A stretch of 64,000 nt of DNA, from contig DATERJ010000012.1 of NCBI GenBank assembly GCA_035271645.1, positions 28,964 to 92,963 on the forward strand. Direction: 5' to 3'. Made by a program: the position numbers and the translations under genes. The DNA comes from Candidatus Dojkabacteria bacterium (lineage in GTDB: Bacteria > Patescibacteriota > Dojkabacteria > SC72). Below the pieces are notes generated by a model. The model was not told the origin of the DNA, ran no database searches, and was given only the letters and a program-made list of their open reading frames with translations. Shown here in pieces: positions 44,557 through 53,910 of this stretch (the stretch's first letter is position 1; each line of letters begins with the position of its first letter).

Positions 44557-46960
44557 TTGATTTCTTGTTAAAAATTACTTCATCAACTATCTTTTTGCAA
44601 CTGTTACCAGTTGGAATCTCAACCTCCAATTTCTTAAATGTCTTTTGCCAATCTTGAACCTCCAAGTCGTGTAGAGAATCAATTAGCTCCATCGTATTAG
44701 AAGATGGGTTAGAGCCCTCGAATTCTTCTAGTTTTCTGTGAGTTGCTCCTATGTGTTGGTATCTGTCTTTATCAGGAGCAAAGAATTTAATAGGGATATC
44801 TAAAAGCGCTGCTTCATATATATTTGATGAGAAATCGGTTATTAAGCAGTCAGTTATGAACAATAATTCATTGAAATCTGGGTAATTACTAAAATTTAGA
44901 ATGTGTTTGTAATTATTAAAGTCTATATCTATCTCTTTAACAAAAGGATGCATTTTCACTAAGAAAAGGCAGTTGTTCTCTTTGCAAAACTCCTCTATTT
45001 TATTAAAATCTAACCAATCAAAGTTGTAATATGCTGATTCTTGTCCACCACCTCTAAATGTTGGAGCAAATAAAAGAATCTTCTTGTTTTTCAAATTAGG
45101 ATACTTTTTATAGAAGCTTTTTCTCACATCATCTTTCTTTTCTAAAAAGCCATCTAATCTAGGCAAACCAGAAACGATAAATTTGTCTTTCGAGATTCCA
45201 AAAACATCTTGATATATTTCCACAAGTTTTTTTGTTGGAGCTATCGCTTTGGTGTATTTCCTGTGTGAAGAAACTGCAATATCTGGTCCTGATGGTTTTC
45301 CAAACCTTGCATACCCTACTGATTTAAAACCTACACCTGCATGCCATACTTGGACTAGCTCGACATCCTTATCTAAGTCTAAAAAGTTAAAAATCGGGGT
45401 ATAGTTGTCAACAAAGATGTAGTATGAAATACCTATGTTTATTATGCATTTTAATAGACTGAAAATGTTTTTCTCTTGGAATATATTAGCTGTACTTATT
45501 AGGAGTTTTAAATCAGTATTTTTTTGCATGTATTCGTATAAAGCTTTTAGGTTACCTCCAAGTTCTTTTGAGTTTACTGTTAGAAATAGAACTTTTTTCT
45601 TACCAAAGCGCCTAAAGGGATAAAGTACTTTATATAGAAGCATCATACTAAGTTTGCCAAGTGCAAATAGAATTCTTTTATACAATTTCCCCTTGTCTGA
45701 CATAATCCTTTTAGGATTGGGTTTTTCCACTTTCTTATAAAAGTTGAAATTGATTGCTGGGGTCTCCTCATCAAAGGTAAGAAAAGCGAGATACTGCATG
45801 TCTTTACCATATCTAAAATGGCGATCACACTCATCGATTTGGGGATATAGGGACTCACATAGCTTTATATCCTTGTAATTGTAGTGAAAGTTATATTTTC
45901 CAAATAGGAATCTGTCTTTATTCTCAACATTAACAATGTTGATTTTAAAGTGACAGGGTTTGACTTTTATCATAGGGATTTTCTCTTCGTTAGCTGTGCG
46001 GTATAAGAATAATTGTGGAAGCTCCTCAGTTAATATTAGATTAAGATATGTTCCTGTCCAGTAAATATCTTTTATTTTTATTTCATTCATATTTGTAATT
46101 GGTGTGTTAGATATATATTTTTTTTGTTTTTCTTCAAAACGTTTTATTGCGAATCTGTTTCTAGAGTTACTTAGTTCTTTAAGAACCTTTTCTTTTAAGT
46201 ATGGGTTTTGTTTGGCAATCAATTCGTTGTCTAATTCGTAGAAAGAGAGAGTGTCTTCATCCTCTTGAAAAAAGAATTGCTCATGCTCATCCTGTGTTAT
46301 CTTCTTGTATTTGTTATTAACGACATCATGTATTTCATCTCTTGTCCAAATGACCTCCTCATTTAAAATTTTTGCTGGAGTTCCTCCTATGGAAACATTT
46401 GAAGGAAATGTTTTGGAACCGAAAATGCCTGCTCTAGCTCCCACAATACTACCACTTCCAATGGTTGTTCCTTTGCTAATAAAGGCATTAGCTCCAATCC
46501 AAACATAATCTCCAACAAGGACAGAGGCATTTGGGTTTATGAGTTCTTCTCCCTCTACTTTATATACACTATGTGCATCTGTTGTCCTAATAGTGATGTT
46601 TTCAGAGAGCATGGCTTCATTTCCAATGAAAACGTTTGTATCGCTAGCAATAATCCCAGTAAATGGGGTTTTGGTTTTGATTGAAGCATTCTCTCCAAAA
46701 TAGAAAGAAGCATTGCTCCACAAATCAATCCTCAAATTAAGAAAATTTTTGGTGTTTTTAGTTCTTTTTGCTATATAGACAAGAGAATTATTGCCTAAAA
46801 ATCTAATGTCGGCTTTGTGTAGATTGATTCCTTTTTCTATGATTAGTAGGTTATTTTTAGAATCTTCCTTGAAAGAAATTACAGACTCGTTTAATTCACC
46901 TTCGCAGATAACTTTGTTCTTTCCTATATTACCTCCTTCTTTCCTGTATTGTAGATACAT
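44549..46960 (-). CDS. fusion protein: N-terminal hexapeptide-repeat (LbetaH) acyltransferase + C-terminal TagF-like polyol-phosphate transferase
   Basis: 803 aa. Residues about 90-200 carry hexapeptide repeats (GANAFISKGTTIGSGSIVGARAGIFG). C-terminal half carries VWHAGVGFKSVGY and FAPTFRGGG, as in TagF-family enzymes. Confidence 0.75.
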   Translation of the reverse strand: MYLQYRKEGGNIGKNKVICEGELNESVISFKEDSKNNLLIIEKGINLHKADIRFLGNNSLVYIAKRTKNTKNFLNLRIDLWSNASFYFGENASIKTKTPFTGIIASDTNVFIGNEAMLSENITIRTTDAHSVYKVEGEELINPNASVLVGDYVWIGANAFISKGTTIGSGSIVGARAGIFGSKTFPSNVSIGGTPAKILNEEVIWTRDEIHDVVNNKYKKITQDEHEQFFFQEDEDTLSFYELDNELIAKQNPYLKEKVLKELSNSRNRFAIKRFEEKQKKYISNTPITNMNEIKIKDIYWTGTYLNLILTEELPQLFLYRTANEEKIPMIKVKPCHFKINIVNVENKDRFLFGKYNFHYNYKDIKLCESLYPQIDECDRHFRYGKDMQYLAFLTFDEETPAINFNFYKKVEKPNPKRIMSDKGKLYKRILFALGKLSMMLLYKVLYPFRRFGKKKVLFLTVNSKELGGNLKALYEYMQKNTDLKLLISTANIFQEKNIFSLLKCIINIGISYYIFVDNYTPIFNFLDLDKDVELVQVWHAGVGFKSVGYARFGKPSGPDIAVSSHRKYTKAIAPTKKLVEIYQDVFGISKDKFIVSGLPRLDGFLEKKDDVRKSFYKKYPNLKNKKILLFAPTFRGGGQESAYYNFDWLDFNKIEEFCKENNCLFLVKMHPFVKEIDIDFNNYKHILNFSNYPDFNELLFITDCLITDFSSNIYEAALLDIPIKFFAPDKDRYQHIGATHRKLEEFEGSNPSSNTMELIDSLHDLEVQDWQKTFKKLEVEIPTGNSCKKIVDEVIFNKKSSD

Positions 46961-47074
46961 GTGGTTTTCTTGTTTAAAGTTAAGTACTTTAAATTTTTTA
47001 TAATTTATTTCCTTTGAGGGGTACTGGATTATATATATTTATGTATTTATATTCAAGATTTTTCACCCACGATG

Positions 47075-47103
47075 TTGATACTATGGGTTGTTTATGGTAT
47101 AAT
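47075..47103 (+). promoter_or_regulatory. sigma70-like promoter TTGATA-17nt-TATAAT for the SPFH lipoprotein gene
   Basis: Hexamers and spacing read directly. About 85-nt leader ending in AAAGGAAAGG SD before the GTG at 47194. Confidence 0.55.
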
Positions 47104-47193
47104 TCATCTGTCAATTCAAACGAACTGACGCTCTTTTACAACTTACTTCAAAGAAAACAAACCATCCGTAACAAAAAGAAAGGAAAGGAAAAA

Positions 47194-48390
47194 GTGAAAA
47201 AGAAAATATCTTTGTTATTCGTGTTGTCAGTTTTAGTGCTCTCATTGCTTCTAGGTGGATGTAGTTCTGCTCAAGGAGTTGGTAGTGCTAAAGTTTTAGG
47301 AGCCAGTCCAGTATGGTTTGTAATCACATTGGTGGTTTTTGTTGTTATTGGAATCCTGGTAGCTTACTTTGTTGAGCCAGAAGATGAAAAAGGCAGGCAA
47401 GGGAAGACATGGGTGTTTATTGGTCTTTTAGTCGCTTTTCTTATACTCCAAATGGTGATTGGTGGTTTTGTTACCGTTGATCAGACAGAAATCGGAGTAA
47501 AAACCAGATTTGGTAAAGCAATAGGTATTACTATGCCTGGTGGACATTTTCTTGTCCCATATATTGATAGGGTTGTGATTTTCAGCGCAAAAGATTGGAC
47601 ATACTCGACTATGGATGAAGATTTCATGGCGGTATCCACAGATGATTATGAAGATCATCCAGCATTATTGGTGACAGCTGATAATGTGCAGGCATCAGTT
47701 ACATACTCAGTTATTGGTAGAATTGATCCTGTAAGAGTAATGGATATCTATCAAAGGTATGGCTCTCTTGATGAAGCAGTTGAAAAGGCAGTAAAAGCTC
47801 CAAGTAGAATTATTGTTCGCCAAAAATTGAAAGATTTTACTGCTAAGCAAATCTATCTTGAAGTGGATAATGTTGATGCGGCGGTTGTTGCAGAATTACG
47901 ACCATTTATGGAAGATGCTGGCCTGCAACTTGTTTTCTTCGGTTTTAGGAAGCCAACACTTGGTATTAACGGAGACTATGAAACCGAGCTCAACAACGAA
48001 ATGGTGGCAGCGCAAAGAGCTTTGGTTGCTCAGCAGAATATTGCTGTCTCTGAAGCACAAGCCCAACAGGCGATTGCTACTGCCGATGGTGAAAAAGAAG
48101 TTGCTATCAGACAGGCAGAGGCTAGAGCTGCTGCTACACGTGCAGAGCAAGAGGCTATTGCCGATGCCACACTTTATACTACGCAAAAAGAAGCTGAAGG
48201 AGTTAAAATGCTTGCTGATGCAGAAGCATATAGAATTATTAAAGAAGCAGAAGCAAATGCCAAAGCTAATACACTACTTGCAGCGGTGCTAACACCTGAC
48301 TTAATCCAGTATATTAAGTTAATACGATGGAATGGTGTATTGCCAATGTATACTGGTATGGATGCTGGGATTTTAATATCTCCAGAATAA
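47194..48390 (+). CDS. SPFH/Band-7 (prohibitin/HflK-like) domain lipoprotein with Ala/Gln-rich coiled-coil C-terminus
   Basis: GTG start with SD, in place of the track's TTG start at 47014 that lies upstream of the promoter. Lipobox LLLGGC. SPFH core (VTVDQTEIGVKTRFGK...). EAQAQQAIATADGEKEVAIRQAEARAAATRAEQEA. Confidence 0.7.
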   Translation: MKKKISLLFVLSVLVLSLLLGGCSSAQGVGSAKVLGASPVWFVITLVVFVVIGILVAYFVEPEDEKGRQGKTWVFIGLLVAFLILQMVIGGFVTVDQTEIGVKTRFGKAIGITMPGGHFLVPYIDRVVIFSAKDWTYSTMDEDFMAVSTDDYEDHPALLVTADNVQASVTYSVIGRIDPVRVMDIYQRYGSLDEAVEKAVKAPSRIIVRQKLKDFTAKQIYLEVDNVDAAVVAELRPFMEDAGLQLVFFGFRKPTLGINGDYETELNNEMVAAQRALVAQQNIAVSEAQAQQAIATADGEKEVAIRQAEARAAATRAEQEAIADATLYTTQKEAEGVKMLADAEAYRIIKEAEANAKANTLLAAVLTPDLIQYIKLIRWNGVLPMYTGMDAGILISPE

Positions 48391-48424
48391 TAAATTTTTA
48401 TTGAAGTAAGTCGAAAGAGTAAAA

Positions 48425-48473
48425 GGGGTTGTGTAGATCTTCTCTACATTAGTATTGAAAATCACACAACCCT
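48425..48473. terminator. convergent-gene hairpin (GGGGTTGTGT...ACACAACCC with nested GTAGA-TCTTC-TCTAC), candidate bidirectional terminator
   Basis: Lies between the SPFH gene (+) and the relA/spoT homolog (-). A T-rich run follows on the plus strand. Confidence 0.4.
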
Positions 48474-48482
48474 TCTATTCCT

Positions 48483-49946
48483 TTATTTAACCCCTATCTT
48501 TAAATTCTTCTTAATCTTACTCCTAGCAGTAGGAGAATTAGCATATTTAAGAGTTGTATCCTTCTGATATCTTTTGTTCTTGTCCACCTTAATTTCAACA
48601 GTATCCCCTGTTTTTAACTCTTGTCCCAATTTGGCAGGTTTACCATTAATCTTAGCTGATTCCATACTATTTCCTATATCTGTATGTAACTTAAATGCGA
48701 AATCTAAAGGAGTATCTCCTTTGTTTAATTGAATAATTTTACCTTTAGGTGTAAAAGGGAAAACCTCATCTTCGAAGATGTTACATATAATTGGGAAACT
48801 CTTTGTTCTCTTTGTTTCTTCCCTACTCTTAGCTATCTCATCTTGTATATCTTTTACCCAATCATATTTGTTGGTTGGCTTAGCAAACCTTGATTTACTA
48901 GCTTTGTATGCAATGTGGGAGGCTTTACCAAAAGTATTCTCGTAATACATCTCTTCTGTAAGAATCTGTATCTCTATATACATATCCGAAATCTCAGGGA
49001 ATCTAATTGGAAATTGTACAGCTCTGTATCCATTTGGTTTTGGATTTGATATATAGTCATCGTATCTCTCTTCATTTATCTCTCCCCTATCCATTAGTTT
49101 CTCAATGACTAGATAACAAGAATCTTCATCGGAAGCGGTAATTCTAAAAGCAATTAAATCATCTAATCTTCTAATATTTGGATCAATCCACTCCTTTTCA
49201 TATTTTTTTAATTTGTTGTAAATACTATATTTGTTCTTAATTCTTCCTTGTATCTCTGGTTTTACCTTGGATTCCTTTATACATTCTTTAATAGTTTTTT
49301 CATATTGCTTTTGTAATTTGGGGCATATATCTAACGCATCCATCTTGTTTGTAATACTTTGATATTCAAGAGGTAGGTAGTACTTAAAAGATGTTTCTTC
49401 TAGCTGTGCTCTTAGTTTTTCTAAATGAAGGTATTCTGCAAGTTTTGCATATATGTTAATGGCTTTGTAAAGCTTACTTTTTTTCTCGTTTGCGGGAATC
49501 TCATCAAATGAAAGGACATCGTGCAGAGTGTCATATATTTTAAGATATACAGGTCTAAGGTCTTTTGAGGTGTTTAGAATATATTTAATGATTATTTCAG
49601 GATTGGTATCTTTACTATCTGTGCCTCTTTTAATTTTTGTAATGCCATCAAGTATATTTAATACATCTACTCCAAACTCTTTAGTAATTTCTTTTCTTGC
49701 TTTTTCATCTAATGTCATTTCATGGAAGAGTGTGGCAAAAGCTGTATTTAAATCTAGTCCTTCTTCTAAAAGCGATATGGCAATTTTGAGTGTATGATTA
49801 ACCATCGGTTCATTGTTGTACCTGTATGAGTTTTTGTATTTCTCTTCTGAGTAAGATATTGCCTTTTCTAGGTCATCCCCAAAAATCTTGGGTACAAGAG
49901 ATTGTATCCTGCTTTTTAATACACCAGTTGGTGTTATTTTTTCCAT
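48483..49946 (-). CDS. RelA/SpoT-homolog (p)ppGpp synthetase with degenerate HD domain and TGS domain
   Basis: 487 aa. N-terminal HD-like region with HE in place of HD (TLFHEMTLDE). Nucleotidyltransferase/synthetase region (RIKNKYSIYNKL...GYRAVQF). TGS-like C-terminus (VFPFTPKGKIIQLNKGDTPLDFAFKLHTDIG). No ACT domain. Confidence 0.75.
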   Translation of the reverse strand: MEKITPTGVLKSRIQSLVPKIFGDDLEKAISYSEEKYKNSYRYNNEPMVNHTLKIAISLLEEGLDLNTAFATLFHEMTLDEKARKEITKEFGVDVLNILDGITKIKRGTDSKDTNPEIIIKYILNTSKDLRPVYLKIYDTLHDVLSFDEIPANEKKSKLYKAINIYAKLAEYLHLEKLRAQLEETSFKYYLPLEYQSITNKMDALDICPKLQKQYEKTIKECIKESKVKPEIQGRIKNKYSIYNKLKKYEKEWIDPNIRRLDDLIAFRITASDEDSCYLVIEKLMDRGEINEERYDDYISNPKPNGYRAVQFPIRFPEISDMYIEIQILTEEMYYENTFGKASHIAYKASKSRFAKPTNKYDWVKDIQDEIAKSREETKRTKSFPIICNIFEDEVFPFTPKGKIIQLNKGDTPLDFAFKLHTDIGNSMESAKINGKPAKLGQELKTGDTVEIKVDKNKRYQKDTTLKYANSPTARSKIKKNLKIGVK

Positions 49947-49948
49947 TA

Positions 49949-51178
49949 TTATTTTTGAATTGTTATATTTGTAATATGTTTACCTACCTTAAGGGTTAGA
50001 GGAGAGTCTGTAATAGTTATCTCTTCATTGTAGGTAGTCTTTTTCTCATCGTTAATCTTTACTGCCCCTTGGTCTACTAATCTTCTTGCATCACTTTTGC
50101 TTTTTGCAAAATCAATTTGTACAAGTAAGTCATTTAGAGGTAGTTTGTTTTCTTTGATTTGTATTGTTGGTATTTCTCCTTCAACATCTTTCTTCTGGAA
50201 TACAGATTCAAAAACTTTTTGTGCATTTTCTGCTTCTTCTTCACTCTTTATCTCTGCTGTAACTCTGTATGCTAATTCTTTTTTAAGAATCATTGGATTC
50301 TCGCCACTTTCTAATCTCTTTTTGTATTCTTCTTGTTCAGGAAGTGTTGCTTTTGTAAGGATTTCAAAACCGATTAGTATTTTTTCATCATCAAAAGACA
50401 TGATTTTTCCATAGATATTCTCTGCTGTGTCATCTAGTCTAGCCATATTTCCTTCTGATTTACCCATTTTTTCTCCATCTGCAGCTGTTAGGAGTTTTCC
50501 TGCTATTACTATTTTCTCTTTGTTAAGATGGTTAAATACCATATCTCTTCCTGCAAGCATATTGAAGAGTTGGTCATTTCCACCTACTTCTACATCAACA
50601 TCCATCATTACAGAGTCATATGCTTGCATTAGTGGATAGAGGAATTCATTTAGGTATATTGGTTTATCTTCTTTTAATCTCTCTTGGAACATACTTCTCT
50701 TTAACATTTGCTGTACTGTGAATTCTGATGCTAGTTGAATTACTTCTGCAAAGGTTAATTTGTCATGCCATTCTCCATTGTATTTAATTTCTACTGGATT
50801 TTCCTTGTTATCTATATCAATGATATGTGATGCTTGTTCTACATAGTTTTTTAGGTTATCTGCAATCTGTTCTTTGGTTAATACTTTTCTTGCAGATGCT
50901 CTTGCCTCCTTTTTATCCCCAGGGTCCCCTATTCTTGCTGTGAAGTCACCGATGAGGAAGATTACTTTGTGTCCTAGTAGTCTAAAGTCTTCTAGCTTTC
51001 TCATTCCAACAGTATGTCCAATGTGTAGTGTTGGTGCTGTTGGGTCAAAACCTTGATATATTGTTAGTCTTGTACCTGAGAGAAGCTTTTCTTTTAGTGC
51101 TTCTTTTGAAGGGAGTATTTGTTCTACTCCTTTGGTTAGTATTCTTTCAATTATTTCTAAGTCTTTTTTAATTTCCAT
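49949..51178 (-). CDS. tyrS: tyrosine--tRNA ligase
   Basis: 409 aa. HIGH motif (PTLHIGH). KMGKS (KMSKS-type). C-terminal S4-like domain. Confidence 0.9.
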   Translation of the reverse strand: MEIKKDLEIIERILTKGVEQILPSKEALKEKLLSGTRLTIYQGFDPTAPTLHIGHTVGMRKLEDFRLLGHKVIFLIGDFTARIGDPGDKKEARASARKVLTKEQIADNLKNYVEQASHIIDIDNKENPVEIKYNGEWHDKLTFAEVIQLASEFTVQQMLKRSMFQERLKEDKPIYLNEFLYPLMQAYDSVMMDVDVEVGGNDQLFNMLAGRDMVFNHLNKEKIVIAGKLLTAADGEKMGKSEGNMARLDDTAENIYGKIMSFDDEKILIGFEILTKATLPEQEEYKKRLESGENPMILKKELAYRVTAEIKSEEEAENAQKVFESVFQKKDVEGEIPTIQIKENKLPLNDLLVQIDFAKSKSDARRLVDQGAVKINDEKKTTYNEEITITDSPLTLKVGKHITNITIQK

Positions 51179-51218
51179 GTTTTGATTATATATGTATTTG
51201 GTGGATTTAGCTATATCT

Positions 51219-52424
51219 CTACTTCTTAATATACTTTCTATATTTTAATTTATCTGGCATACATTGTTGATCTGACTTCTTACTTGGTAAATCATGGTCA
51301 TATTCATAGTCTTTACCATATCCAATATCTTTCATTAGTTTTGTAGGAGCATTTCGTATATTCATAGGTACTGGAAGATTGCCATACTTCTCAATATCTA
51401 CTTTTACCTCACCCTCTACTCTGTATGCTGTATTGTCCTTAGGTGCATTAGAGAGATATATTGCTAATTGCATAAGGAATACTTCACATTCTGGCATACC
51501 AATCTTCTGACAAGCTTCATATACAGCATTTGCTAATATGACAGCTTGTGGGTCTGCATTACCGATATCTTCACTTGCAAACCTTAACATTCTTCTTGCA
51601 ATGTATAGTGGGTCTTCTCCTCCTGCTAACATTCTTCCAGTCCAGTAACAAGCAGCATCAGGATTAGATGACCTCATTGATTTGTGTATAGCGGAGATAA
51701 TGTTGTAGTGTTCTTCTCCTGTTTTGTCATAGTATACTGGCTTTTGTACTGTTGTTGTTAATATATCCATAGTTATTTCTTTCTTCTCTTCATCTTTTGC
51801 ATTTGCTAGTGTAGAACTCATTTCCAATATATTTAATGCAGACCTAATATCTCCATTTGAGAGATTAGCCATTTGTTCTAGTACTTTCTTTGATATTTTA
51901 ATCTCTGGATATTCTTCCTTTGATATTCGTTTTAGGAGGTTGTATATATCTTCTTCTGTTTGTTGTTTGAATACAAATACTTTTGTTCTAGAAAGAAGTG
52001 CAGATATTACAGTAAATGATGGGTTCTCTGTTGTTGCACCGATTAGTGTAATGATTCCTTTCTCTACATATGGTAGGAGTGTGTCTTGTTGTGCTTTGTT
52101 CCATCTGTGTATTTCATCTAGGAAGAGGATTGTTTTTTTACCGTATTGTTGATTACCAATTGCTATTTTAATGATTTTTCTTAGATGTTCTTTCCCACTA
52201 TTTACAGCTTGCATTTTGTGAAAGTCATAGTAGAGATTAAGGGAAAGTATGTATGCTAAGGTTGTTTTACCTGTACCGGGTGGTCCCCAGAATATCATAG
52301 ATGGTATTTTACCCGTTTCCAAAAACTTCCTTATGGGGCCGTTCTTTCCTACTAGGTGTTCCTGTCCTACAAACTCTTCAAGTGTTTTAGGTCTGTATTT
52401 TGATGCTAGTGGTTCGTTAGTCAT
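51219..52424 (-). CDS. rarA: replication-associated recombination protein A (MgsA/RarA AAA+ ATPase)
   Basis: 401 aa. GPPGTGKTTLA, LFLDEIHR, C-terminal MgsA-specific helical domain. Confidence 0.85.
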   Translation of the reverse strand: MTNEPLASKYRPKTLEEFVGQEHLVGKNGPIRKFLETGKIPSMIFWGPPGTGKTTLAYILSLNLYYDFHKMQAVNSGKEHLRKIIKIAIGNQQYGKKTILFLDEIHRWNKAQQDTLLPYVEKGIITLIGATTENPSFTVISALLSRTKVFVFKQQTEEDIYNLLKRISKEEYPEIKISKKVLEQMANLSNGDIRSALNILEMSSTLANAKDEEKKEITMDILTTTVQKPVYYDKTGEEHYNIISAIHKSMRSSNPDAACYWTGRMLAGGEDPLYIARRMLRFASEDIGNADPQAVILANAVYEACQKIGMPECEVFLMQLAIYLSNAPKDNTAYRVEGEVKVDIEKYGNLPVPMNIRNAPTKLMKDIGYGKDYEYDHDLPSKKSDQQCMPDKLKYRKYIKK

Positions 52425-52462
52425 ACCTGATTATACTACATAGTGGTGGTATAGGTGTTAAA

Positions 52463-52630
52463 GGTCTGGTCTGGGTCAGACCTTATACATTTTACGAAAA
52501 GCGTTGTCGCACGACCATTTGGAAGGAAAGCCAGTCCAAACCGAGAAATCGTACCCAACAAGTTAATCAGGAGAAAGCGGTTGTTTTCCTGTCATAAAAG
52601 GATATTACTAAGTCAGACCTAGGTCAGACC
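52463..52630. repeat. hairpin-bounded intergenic repeat element, copy B (same termini, divergent core)
   Basis: Termini GGTCTGGTCTGGGTCAGACC ... GTCAGACCTAGGTCAGACC. The 128-nt core shares only a short block (GTCCAAACC...) with copies A and C. Confidence 0.45.
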
Positions 52631-52640
52631 TGTTGAGAGT

Positions 52641-53234
52641 CTAACCATAAATATGCAAATATTCACCATTACTTAGTTTTTCTTTCTTTTTTGCTTTTAA
52701 TCCTTTGATTTCATATCTATAACTAAATACCTCACCCCCACCCTTAATAAATTTCTCAAACTTCTTTTTCAATATACTCATACTCTTTTCATCTAAATAA
52801 CAATATATTTTTGTAAAATCTTTTAGAGATGCTTCATATATATTCTCAACATCAAAAATGATATCTTTGTTTGTAGGATACTTTAATATTCTAAATGCTC
52901 TGGCAATGATAATCATGATTGGAGAGAGGTCTAAACCATAGCATTTACACTTAGCATTACCATATGTTTCCAGTACTACCTTTCCATCTCCACAACCTAA
53001 ATCTACAAAAGTATCATCTTTCTTAAGATTCATGAAATCAATAATTTCATGAATGATATCCCTAGGAGTTTTAAGAATAGGAACTAAAAGAAGATTGATT
53101 AAAACAGTTAAAAGGAATGCTCCAATGAGCATAATCACAATTAAAACAATACCTACAGTTATTCCATTTGCCATTTGTATAGAAGAATAATATATAATTA
53201 GGTATATGATAGACGGAATCTTGTTAATTAACAA
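52641..53234 (-). CDS. class I SAM-dependent methyltransferase with N-terminal TM helix (start more likely the internal Met near 53174)
   Basis: 197 aa. VDLGCGDGK motif I. The first-ATG start overlaps truB by 29 nt on the opposite strand. The internal MANGITVG start does not. Confidence 0.6.
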   Translation of the reverse strand: MLINKIPSIIYLIIYYSSIQMANGITVGIVLIVIMLIGAFLLTVLINLLLVPILKTPRDIIHEIIDFMNLKKDDTFVDLGCGDGKVVLETYGNAKCKCYGLDLSPIMIIIARAFRILKYPTNKDIIFDVENIYEASLKDFTKIYCYLDEKSMSILKKKFEKFIKGGGEVFSYRYEIKGLKAKKKEKLSNGEYLHIYG

Positions 53235-53910
53235 GGAGAGAGATATTACATCGTATGATGTGATAAGAAAATTGAAGAGGGTTTTGCCTAATGGACAGAA
53301 GATCGGCCATGGTGGTACTTTAGATCCTTTTGCAACAGGTTTGTTAATTGTTCTACTTGGTAAAGGAACAAAGTTAATGAATACTATTCATTCATTAAAA
53401 AAGGAATATATTGTAAGAGCAGAGTTTGGTTACTCTACAGACACTCAAGATATTACTGGAAAGAAAGATAAAATGTGTGAAGATTTAGAGAAGGTATCTG
53501 TGGAGGAGATTGAAACAAAGATAAAGGAGAAATTTTTAGGTAAGATATTACAAACACCTCCAATGTTTTCAGCAAAAAAGATTAAGGGAAAGAAGGCATA
53601 TGAGTTAGCAAGAAAGGGCGAAGAAGTTAAGATAGAGCCAAAGAAAGTTGAGATATATTCTTTTGATTTAGTTAATTACAACTGGCCCTACTCTACCTTC
53701 TCTATTTCATGCTCAACAGGTACATATGTGAGAACCTTAATTCATGATTTGGGTGAAGAGATAGGTACATATGGTACAGCTATTGAACTTGAGAGAACAA
53801 AGATAGGGGGTTTTAATTTGAAAGATGCTTTTGATTCGGAAGATATTGTTGATGATAATATTGATAAAATTATTGGAAATGTAATTAATTTGGACAATTT
53901 GGAATTATGA
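53206..53910 (+). CDS. truB: tRNA pseudouridine(55) synthase
   Basis: 234 aa. Catalytic motif GHGGTLDPFATGLL. Confidence 0.85.
   Translation: MIDGILLINKERDITSYDVIRKLKRVLPNGQKIGHGGTLDPFATGLLIVLLGKGTKLMNTIHSLKKEYIVRAEFGYSTDTQDITGKKDKMCEDLEKVSVEEIETKIKEKFLGKILQTPPMFSAKKIKGKKAYELARKGEEVKIEPKKVEIYSFDLVNYNWPYSTFSISCSTGTYVRTLIHDLGEEIGTYGTAIELERTKIGGFNLKDAFDSEDIVDDNIDKIIGNVINLDNLEL

Noticed and set aside
47014-47193. TTG-initiated N-terminal extension of the SPFH gene
   Set aside because: It lies upstream of a strong TTGATA-17-TATAAT promoter and has no SD. GTG 47194 with SD and an N-proximal lipobox is preferred.
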